Part shown: positions 21,501 to 27,796 of the stretch, one piece after another
Numbering within the stretch: the stretch's first letter is position 1
How the letters are laid out: every line of letters starts with the position of its first letter
From: Anaerolineae bacterium
Lineage (GTDB): Bacteria > Chloroflexota > Anaerolineae > Epilineales > Epilineaceae
Length of the DNA: 32,436 nucleotides
Assembly: GCA_029262755.1 (NCBI GenBank)
Contig: JAJCYU010000108.1
Coordinates: 1-32,436 of the forward strand
Direction: 5' to 3'
Position numbers and translations under genes: made by a program
The notes under the pieces: model-generated
The model's input: only the letters and a program-made list of their open reading frames with translations
Told to the model about the DNA's origin: nothing
Databases searched by the model: none

Positions 21501-22198
21501 GCCTGCGCGACGTCGAAGGCGAACCAATCACGATCGCCGAAGCCGTCTTGGCCGGAGCAGATATAGGACGAGACGCGCGTGCCGGGCGTCATCAACCATG
21601 CGCCGGCCAACGTGTCGTTGGGTTCGTAGGTGTCGGGGCAGGAGCCACCGGTGGGAATGTCCGTGTACCAAACCCGCAGCCGGTACTCGCTGATGCTATT
21701 CCAGACGCCGCCAACGCCGTATACGCGCAGGTAGAGCGTGGAACCGAAGACCGTATCAACCGTGATCGACTCATCTTGTGTTCCTGGTTCGTAGGAGCCG
21801 GACACAACGCGCGTCGTGCCGAAGGCCTCCGGCACCCGCAACTCGATATCGTAATCGTGCGGTAGACCGGTCAACGTGACCCGCACCCGTGAATTGGCCG
21901 GAGGGTTGAACACGAACCAGTCTTCGTCGCCGGAGGGGCAGATCGCTCCTACGAGTCCATCCGGCTCACCGCTGGGCCGGTTCGCGGGGTTAAGCACGGA
22001 GGCAGTATCGAAGGAGTTATTCGGTTCGCGGAGGAAGTCGGGGCAGGCGACCTGCGCCCCAAGAGGCTCCGGCTTGGCGTGCGAAAGGAAGCCGAGGGTG
22101 CAAACCGCGAGCCAGACGATGACCAGGAGTGGCTTGCGAATGCGCGGAAGTGCGGACGCGAGCCTGGCGAAGGACGTTAGGGCGGCGAAGCGAATCAC
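18527..22198 (-). CDS. Secreted protein with 8 tandem PPC-like (pre-peptidase C-terminal/collagen-binding-like) domains, Pro/Thr stalk and C-terminal IYAPFTYK tail (1223 aa)
   Basis: GTG at 22198 is preceded by AAGGAGG with a 5-nt spacer, so I prefer it to the track start at 22276. Signal-like segment: RIRKPLLVIVWLAVCTLGFLSHA. Eight units follow C.(D/E)..EPN...(I/L)C...D.DW(F/Y); most also have D(Y/F)(D/E)L.LY and VFG(Y/F). PT-rich region at ~18572-19030. Confidence 0.88.
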   Translation of the reverse strand: MIRFAALTSFARLASALPRIRKPLLVIVWLAVCTLGFLSHAKPEPLGAQVACPDFLREPNNSFDTASVLNPANRPSGEPDGLVGAICPSGDEDWFVFNPPANSRVRVTLTGLPHDYDIELRVPEAFGTTRVVSGSYEPGTQDESITVDTVFGSTLYLRVYGVGGVWNSISEYRLRVWYTDIPTGGSCPDTYEPNDTLAGAWLMTPGTRVSSYICSGQDGFGDRDWFAFDVAQAGDTIQVDLTGHAIDIDMRLYDPDGVDVAASVQNGPGAEEDMRHTTTRAGRYTVHVFAKTDDSDETRPYALDVRLSSVAPPCTDAFEPNGTRGIAAPIQSGQGIQGRICPMSGGRSDVDWFSLAVGSGATIRVDLQGMPVPLQVALWRPDGSYWRTWSSTGTAPLRFDTMTDAAGTWYVQLSPQATSGGHIQDTYYMEIFALTGGSTCSDSYEPNEDRAEAQAVTYRAYDAKICTAEDEDWYTFVPTTGTSIRVDLAAPPQDYDLELYNHRGDRIAQSMRGGMEAESVSVERAGGDRLYVRVFGYDGAHDRSHDYRITFAASAPPTLGCTEGYEPNETRQTAHVFATADQRISAWICDPSDRDWYGIPVQMGQHIELLLEDLPADFELDLYRPDGNRVAFSANGGVSDETIHHEAQETGTYYVQVFGFSTWHDSTEPYTLQIAVTQGPVSPCGESYEPNETFAAASPVALAGRVVEVFGWICDANDEDWYRLDLAAETRFIIRLKGLPADYDLVVYDETTGERGRSALGGTAEESIAVTLPAGQNRVRVTGYEGAFDAGTRYRLQFERPDEPGGGGGLQPCNESFEPNETRAQAAVLGLGIVQQGFLCDANDVDWFRTSVSAGMQVVAQLVPPTGIDLELELYADGDLVTLFSRNGGDTPEAITYTASAVAELAWHVYGYAGAADPINPYVLEVDTVTAPPGSSGACNEWFEPNEIFGDAVDLAPGTIQVGYICDASDQDWFKVALRPGQTFEVELRDLPADYDLHVYDPAGTLIALSNAEGLNPERVERTVTHLGAHRVRVFGYAGASNTTQTYELELTFSERSAPPSATPTPSPAVSATPTPSTTPTETRTPRPKASATGTATSPPKDTATPTRTSPPKPSVTPVGPGGETATPTPTAAPKPTSTPTPTATASPTAAPKPSGTPTSTPEPTSTAGATATADAGPSDTPGPIASATPTQGTGSITPTTEPQPTQSTRVRIYAPFTYKSMP

Positions 22199-22288
22199 GA
22201 TGGCCTCCTTGCAACGGGCGCGTGGTCGGGCGCGGCACGCGGAGCGGTCGGGCGCGATAAGCGCCTTGACGTCCAAGCGACTACCGAG

Positions 22289-22318
22289 GTTATACCCCGG
22301 CTACGGTGCGCCTGTCAG
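22289..22318 (-). promoter_or_regulatory. Putative sigma70-type promoter for the PPC-repeat gene
   Basis: Minus strand reads CTGACA (22318-22313), 18-nt spacer, TATAAC (22294-22289). Each box matches consensus at 5/6, ~90 nt upstream of the start, in intergenic DNA. Confidence 0.5.
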
Positions 22319-22361
22319 GTCGCTCTGGTACCGCGCCGACGTGGAAGGCCGCTCAGGGGGT

Positions 22362-23291
22362 CTAGTGTCCGAAGAACGCCACTACCAGCGCCAGCGCCGT
22401 TGCAGACGCGGTGCCCACAACCAAGCCTATCGTCCAGAAGGCCAACCGGTTCCAGCGACGCGGATCCGTTCCTGCGTCCGTCCACAGTTGCGTGGCGAGC
22501 CAGGCTGCGAGCGGCGCGCCCGCAAGGGTGCACGTCGCCACGATGGGGGCGGGCGGCGCTCCACGCAAGCGGAAGAACGACCAACCGTAGGCCACGGCCA
22601 GGAGGAACGTCGCTAGCCTCGCGGTGCGCCGAGGGCTCAATCGCACGGCGAGGGTCCGTTTTCCGCCGAGCGCATCGCCGGCCGCGTCCGGCAGGCTTAC
22701 CACGATCAACATTACCGACTGCAATGCGATCAAGGGCAGCAGGAGACCGAGGGTTGCACCGATCCGTGATCCACCTTGCATGTGGTATCCGAGCAGTGGT
22801 GTCCAGCCCGCCAACAACAGCGCCCCGAGAACTTCCCCCCACCCGCTGCCGTGCAGCGTCAACGGCGGTGCGCTGTAGAACCACGCTACCGTGATGGAGG
22901 CCGCGAGCAACGTCGCCGTCCACGCGCCCGGTCGCACAAACGCGGTGATGCTGAGCGCACCGATCGTCGCGAGTGCGAGCAGGATCAACGCCGCGCGGCG
23001 GACGGACTCCGCGGGCAGGCGACCTTCCGGCAAGACCCCGCTGCCTCCCGACCACTGCGGTCGGTGACGCGCGGTGTGCTGGGCGTCGACATCGCGGTCG
23101 TAGTACTCGTTGGCCAGGTGGTTGGCGAGTTGCGTCGCGGTAATCACGGCCTGGACCGCGGCGAAGGTCCACAGATCGAAGGGAGCGCCCTCAGCCAGGG
23201 CGAAGGCCGTTCCGAGCGCGTTCATGACCAGCCCCCCGAGCAGGAAGGGGAGGCGGCTGATGTGCAACCAGGCCGCCAAGCTTTCGTTCAT
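22362..23291 (-). CDS. UbiA-family prenyltransferase, MenA/UBIAD1-like (309 aa)
   Basis: Motifs W..ISRLPFL, NEYYDRDVD, SGGSGVL, FYSAPP, GWGE and PDAAGDALGGKRTLAVRL, with many hydrophobic helices. ATG at 23291 overlaps the upstream TGA (ATGA). Confidence 0.85.
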   Translation of the reverse strand: MNESLAAWLHISRLPFLLGGLVMNALGTAFALAEGAPFDLWTFAAVQAVITATQLANHLANEYYDRDVDAQHTARHRPQWSGGSGVLPEGRLPAESVRRAALILLALATIGALSITAFVRPGAWTATLLAASITVAWFYSAPPLTLHGSGWGEVLGALLLAGWTPLLGYHMQGGSRIGATLGLLLPLIALQSVMLIVVSLPDAAGDALGGKRTLAVRLSPRRTARLATFLLAVAYGWSFFRLRGAPPAPIVATCTLAGAPLAAWLATQLWTDAGTDPRRWNRLAFWTIGLVVGTASATALALVVAFFGH

Positions 23292-24262
23292 GGCCGCACG
23301 ACGCCCTCGAGCATGGGCCAGAGCGCAACAAACCCCACCAACGCATACTCGACATAAAACAATCGCCACAGATCGCGATACCACGGTGCAACCGGTGTAT
23401 CAGGATGCCCCTCCAGCGCCGCGCTGCGCGCTAGGAGCAGGGCCAACAGCACACCGTGGCTCCACGCAAGCGGCAAGCCGAGACGCGGATCCACAAGCCA
23501 AAGGGCGAGGAGGATTGCCACGAGGTAGGCGATCGCTAGCAGGGCCGTGGCACGCCGGAGCGCGGAGGATCGGCCACGGGTCACCGCCACCGTCTGAACG
23601 TCGTAGGCGCGATCACCTTCGACGTCATCTACGTCCTTCGCCACCGCAATGCCGAGGGTGTACACGAAGAAGAAGGCCGCCAGCACCAGGCTGAGCGCCG
23701 CCCAGCCTGGTGGCAGCCCCCAGGCCTCGCGCAGGTGCGCGTGCAGCCCAAGATTGACCACGGGGCCACGCACCAACGCAATGGCCAAGGCGGCGGGCAG
23801 CGCACGGCGCTTGAAGCGCAGGGGGGGCAGTGAATAGGCCGTCCCTACGCCCATTGCCGCGACGACCGTTGACAGCATCCAAGGGCCGAGCCACGCGCTG
23901 AGAGACAGGGCGATCGCGCCGCTTGCGAAAGCAATTCTGCCGGCGCTGCGGCGGCTCAGCCGTCCTGCGGGCAACGGAAGACCGGGCTTGTTGACCCGAT
24001 CGATCGAGACGTCGGTAATCTGGTTGAGGCCCACGACGTAAACGTTGGCTGCGAGGGCGGCCACCAGCATCAAGGCGAGGGTCGCTACGACGGGGCACGC
24101 GCTCGGCAATGCCGGCGAAGGCTGCGCCGCTGTGTGCAACGCAGCGAACGCGATCGCCCCGTGCGCGGCTACGGCGAGCGTGGTGCCGATCAACGTGTGC
24201 GGACGGCCGAAGTGCAAGACCACACCAATCACCGCAGCGACAGCCGCGGCGGCCTCCCTCAC
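23288..24262 (-). CDS. Homogentisate phytyltransferase-like UbiA prenyltransferase (HPT/VTE2/Slr1736 type), ~324 aa
   Basis: HPT-type motifs in order: FGRPHTLIGT, NVYVVGLNQITDVSIDRVNKPGLPL, AYSLPPLRFKR, VRGPVVNLG, IAVAKDVDDVEGD, YRDLWRLFYVEY. The start is uncertain (GTG 24262 or 24232). The track start at 25015 overlaps the upstream gene and is not credible. Confidence 0.85.
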   Translation of the reverse strand: MREAAAAVAAVIGVVLHFGRPHTLIGTTLAVAAHGAIAFAALHTAAQPSPALPSACPVVATLALMLVAALAANVYVVGLNQITDVSIDRVNKPGLPLPAGRLSRRSAGRIAFASGAIALSLSAWLGPWMLSTVVAAMGVGTAYSLPPLRFKRRALPAALAIALVRGPVVNLGLHAHLREAWGLPPGWAALSLVLAAFFFVYTLGIAVAKDVDDVEGDRAYDVQTVAVTRGRSSALRRATALLAIAYLVAILLALWLVDPRLGLPLAWSHGVLLALLLARSAALEGHPDTPVAPWYRDLWRLFYVEYALVGFVALWPMLEGVVRP

Positions 24263-24318
24263 GGGGCTCGGTCCGCTGTTGGCGGCCTGAGATCCGCGCG
24301 GCGAGCCGGTGTCTTCGG

Positions 24319-25617
24319 TCAGGAGACGGATGGCTCTTCGACGATGGGAGCGCCGACGCCGGCCTCGGGGCGATCGGGCGATGACGTGGCCGCGCCCTTC
24401 GGCGTCGCGGACCCGGCTGCGCTGAGTCCCACACCAGGTTGCGGGTCGGATTTGGCCGCCACGACCGACGCCGTCGACGCCGCAAGGCCGGTATTCGGGT
24501 CCAGGTAGGTGTGTTCGAGCACGGTTTGCAAAACGGCGGCGGCCGGTACGCCGAGAACCGCTCCGGCCGGCCCACCGAGCAGGCCACCCGCGACCACGGC
24601 GAGCACCACGATCAAGGGGTTGAGCCCCGTGCTCTCGTGCATGATGCGGGGGGTGAGGTAGCTGGTCTCGACCTGCTGCAGTAGGAGGAAGAACGCCAAT
24701 ACGAGAATCGCATGCCCGCCGGATACCGTTGCCGCCACGATCACCGCGGGCAGGGCGCCCAAGAAGGGGCCGAGAAATGGGATGACCTGTAGCAGTCCGG
24801 CGATTGCAGCCAACGCGATCGCGTAAGGGAGCCGAAGACCGAGAGCCATGAGCAACACAAACACGGCGACAACACCCATCACGGTGAGCTGGCCACGCAC
24901 CCATGCACCCAGTCGTGTTTCCACATCCCGCCACAACCGCAGCGCCTTGAGTCGGCTCTCGGGCGGAGCGAGGCGAAAGAAGATGTTGAGCGTCTGATCG
25001 CGCGCGAGCACCCAATAGAATGCAAGGACCAGCACCAAGAGCGCGTTTCCGACCCCCGTGAGCATCGATAGCGTCAGGGGTACGGCCTGCCGACCCGCGT
25101 CGACGCTGGCATTGGCGAAGAATTGTTGAACCTTATTCGGCAGGCTGACCACCGGCAACACGATTTCGAAGCGGTGCCATCCCAGCAGGGTCAGCTCCGC
25201 AAAGAGAACCCGAAGCCGCCTTCCTAGCAGGTCGTCGCGAACGATATCCACGATCAGGGACAGAAGCGGTGGGATGGCGGCGTAGAGCAGTGCCAGAACG
25301 AGGGTGCCCAACACCGCGTACACAACGCCGACCGCCGCACCGTGGGGCACACCGCGCCGCCGCAGGTTCTCCACGAAGGGACGAATCGAGGATGCAAGCA
25401 CGATGGCCGCGAAGAGGAGCCCAATCAAGCCTCGTAGCTGCCACCCGAGCGCCACGACCGCGAGCACCGCGACGACGACGAGCGTCAGGCGTGCGGTGGT
25501 ACGCGGCGACGGACCAGACAGTGCCGGGACCGTCGACGGAGGAAAAGAGGGAGAGGGAGCAGGAAGAGCACTTGCGACGTCGCCGGCGATGGGAACGTCG
25601 TGCACGGGCGTTTTCAT
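24319..25617 (-). CDS. AI-2E (PerM/UPF0118) family membrane transporter (432 aa)
   Basis: Multi-pass membrane protein with motifs LASSIRPFV, GAWVRGQL, IPFLGPFLG and QQVETSYLTPRIM...GLNP..V...V.AGG...GA.LGVP. Start set at ATG 25617 (MKTP), 6 nt after a -10 box. Confidence 0.9.
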   Translation of the reverse strand: MKTPVHDVPIAGDVASALPAPSPSFPPSTVPALSGPSPRTTARLTLVVVAVLAVVALGWQLRGLIGLLFAAIVLASSIRPFVENLRRRGVPHGAAVGVVYAVLGTLVLALLYAAIPPLLSLIVDIVRDDLLGRRLRVLFAELTLLGWHRFEIVLPVVSLPNKVQQFFANASVDAGRQAVPLTLSMLTGVGNALLVLVLAFYWVLARDQTLNIFFRLAPPESRLKALRLWRDVETRLGAWVRGQLTVMGVVAVFVLLMALGLRLPYAIALAAIAGLLQVIPFLGPFLGALPAVIVAATVSGGHAILVLAFFLLLQQVETSYLTPRIMHESTGLNPLIVVLAVVAGGLLGGPAGAVLGVPAAAVLQTVLEHTYLDPNTGLAASTASVVAAKSDPQPGVGLSAAGSATPKGAATSSPDRPEAGVGAPIVEEPSVS

Positions 25618-25623
25618 GAAGGG

Positions 25624-25629
25624 AGCATA
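25624..25629 (-). promoter_or_regulatory. -10 box (TATGCT) of a probable leaderless transcript of the AI-2E gene
   Basis: Minus strand TATGCT-CCCTTC-ATG; no SD. Confidence 0.55.
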
Positions 25630-25729
25630 TCCGCGGCCGGGACGACGCGCCATAGACACAGCGACACGTGCCGTCCTGTCGCTCGCGCCAGGAAACACCG
25701 CACCGTCCCATCCCTCCATCGGGCCCCGC

Positions 25730-25735
25730 TATACT
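25730..25735 (+). promoter_or_regulatory. -10 box (TATACT) of a probable leaderless transcript of the methyltransferase operon
   Basis: TATACT-GCCGCC-ATG (ATG at 25742); no SD. Confidence 0.6.
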
Positions 25736-25741
25736 GCCGCC

Positions 25742-26641
25742 ATGAGCTCTACAAACCCATTGCGCGATACACCTGAAGGTTCGGGCGACAACACGATCCA
25801 CTTCGGGGACAACCTGGGCGTGCTGTGCGATCTGCCCTCGGAAGCCTTCGACTTGATTTACGTCGATCCGCCCTTCAACACGGGGCGAAGGCAGTCGCTG
25901 CGCCGCCAAACCCACGTCCAGTCGCCTGGTGGCGACCGCGTCGGGTTCGGAGACCGGCGCTACGACACGGTCCACGAAGGCGTCTCACGAGCCTTCGACG
26001 ATGCGTTCGACGACTATCTCGGCTGGCTGGAGCCGCGCCTGGTGGAAGCGCGGCGGGTTCTTGCGCCGCACGGCACCCTCTACCTGCACTTGGATTATCG
26101 GGAGGTGCACTACGCCAAGGTCTTGCTCGACGGCCTCTTCGGCCGGGCTTGCTTTCTCAACGAACTGATCTGGGCTTACGACTTCGGTGGTCGCAGCAAG
26201 CGCAGGTGGCCGACCAAGCACGACACGATCTTGGTCTACGTCAAAGACCCGAAGCGCTACCACTTCGATGCCGAAGCCGTCGATCGAATCCCCTACATGG
26301 CCCCGGGTCTTGTCGGTAAGAAAAAAGCCGCGCGCGGCAAGCTGCCGACGGACACGTGGTGGCATACCATCGTACCCACTGCCGGCGCCGAACGCACCGG
26401 CTATCCCACCCAAAAGCCGCTCGGCATCCTGCGGCGAATCGTCGCAGCTTCCACCCGCCCCGGCGATCACGTGCTCGACTTTTGCGCCGGTAGCGGCACT
26501 ACCGGCGCCGCGGCCGTCGAGTTGGACCGCCGATTCTATCTCGTAGACGACAACCCGGCGGCGATGGCCGTCATGGCCGATCGGCTCGGCGCCACGTCGA
26601 ATCTTCGTTGGATCGGCTGGAATCCGGCACAAGAGGGGTGA
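25742..26641 (+). CDS. Site-specific DNA methyltransferase, N6-adenine/N4-cytosine, beta class; no adjacent restriction endonuclease (299 aa)
   Basis: Catalytic motif DLIYVDPPF precedes YPTQKP and the SAM-binding motif VLDFCAGSGTTG (beta order). GDNL near the N-terminus. Confidence 0.92.
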   Translation: MSSTNPLRDTPEGSGDNTIHFGDNLGVLCDLPSEAFDLIYVDPPFNTGRRQSLRRQTHVQSPGGDRVGFGDRRYDTVHEGVSRAFDDAFDDYLGWLEPRLVEARRVLAPHGTLYLHLDYREVHYAKVLLDGLFGRACFLNELIWAYDFGGRSKRRWPTKHDTILVYVKDPKRYHFDAEAVDRIPYMAPGLVGKKKAARGKLPTDTWWHTIVPTAGAERTGYPTQKPLGILRRIVAASTRPGDHVLDFCAGSGTTGAAAVELDRRFYLVDDNPAAMAVMADRLGATSNLRWIGWNPAQEG

Positions 26642-26642
26642 T

Positions 26643-27776
26643 ATGATCCCGCATCCGGTTTCCGAAGAAGGTGAGGACGGAATGCGCGAACCGAGCGGGT
26701 TCTCAGCGACGACCGCAGTTACTTCCGATCGCAATACGGCTGCCGCAGCGGCGATGCGCTCCGATGGCGCCGCCGCGCCGGCTGAAGCGAACCGCGCTGC
26801 GCAGCGCGCGGTTGCCACGGACCGCGACGTCGCACGCAACCCCGGCCAACCGCTCAACCTCGATTGGGCGCTTGATGTACGGGTAAACCGCAGCGCCGTC
26901 GAACGGCGTGCGGCCACGCTTGCCACCCGCCGCGCGGTGAAACGCGAGGCTCAAGCGGCGTGGCTGCTGCACGCAGTGCGGCTGCTCGATCTGACGACCC
27001 TTGCCGGCGACGATACGGCTGGACGCGTGCGTCGATTGTGCGGCAAAGCGCGTCAACCCGTACGCCCCGAGATCCTGGAGGCCCTCGGCGTCGGAGATCT
27101 GGCGCTGCGCGTCGGCGCCGTGTGCGTCTACCACAACCAGGTGGCCACAGCCGTCGCGGCTTTGGCCGGCAGCGGGATTCCGGTGTGCGCCGTATCCACG
27201 GGCTTCCCTGCCGGGCAGATCCCGTTCGCACTGCGGCGTGATCAAGTGCGTGCTTCCGTCGAGGCCGGCGCCGCGGAGATCGATATCGTGATCCACCGTC
27301 CGCACGTGCTCACCGGGCGTTGGAACCAGCTATACGACGAGGTGGCCGCGTTCAAGGAAGCCAGCGGTCCCGCGGCGATGAAGACGATTCTTGCCACCGG
27401 CGAGCTCGCCACGTTGTCGCAGGTGGGCCAGGCAAGCCGGGTCTGCCTGCAGGCCGGTTCCGATTTCATCAAGACGTCGACGGGCAAGGAGAAGGTCAAC
27501 GCGACGCTGCCCGTCGGGTTGGTCATGGTGCGTACGATGCGTTCCTATGCCGAGCGCAGCGGCCATTCGTGCGGCTTCAAGCCGGCCGGCGGCATCGGTA
27601 GCGCAAAGGACGCCATCGCGTGGCTGCGCCTCGTGCGCGAAGAATTGGGTACGGAAGCACTTGCGCCGGGCCGCCTGCGGCTAGGCGCAAGCTCCGTGCT
27701 GGCCGATATAGAGCGGCAGCTGGAGCACCATGTGACCGGCCGCTATTCAGCCTTCCGACGCCATCCCCTCGCCTAG
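26643..27776 (+). CDS. deoC: Deoxyribose-phosphate aldolase (long type)
   Basis: Motifs DLTTLAGDDT, AVCVY, STGFPAGQ, GAAEIDIVI, KTILATGEL, DFIKTSTGK, GFKPAGGI and RLGASS. The start could instead be ATG 26682 (GAGG upstream). Confidence 0.95.
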   Translation: MIPHPVSEEGEDGMREPSGFSATTAVTSDRNTAAAAAMRSDGAAAPAEANRAAQRAVATDRDVARNPGQPLNLDWALDVRVNRSAVERRAATLATRRAVKREAQAAWLLHAVRLLDLTTLAGDDTAGRVRRLCGKARQPVRPEILEALGVGDLALRVGAVCVYHNQVATAVAALAGSGIPVCAVSTGFPAGQIPFALRRDQVRASVEAGAAEIDIVIHRPHVLTGRWNQLYDEVAAFKEASGPAAMKTILATGELATLSQVGQASRVCLQAGSDFIKTSTGKEKVNATLPVGLVMVRTMRSYAERSGHSCGFKPAGGIGSAKDAIAWLRLVREELGTEALAPGRLRLGASSVLADIERQLEHHVTGRYSAFRRHPLA

Positions 27777-27796
27777 ACGACCCGGAGCGTGACACC

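Noticed and set aside
24263..25015. N-terminal extension of the HPT-like ORF; likewise the track extensions at 25304-25741, 27620-27796, 30106-30294 and 31258-31437
   Set aside because: They overlap neighbouring genes or promoter regions, have no family motifs, and better-supported downstream starts exist.
25742..26641. Restriction-modification or defence island
   Set aside because: No nuclease, helicase or other defence gene flanks the methyltransferase; its neighbours are metabolic.
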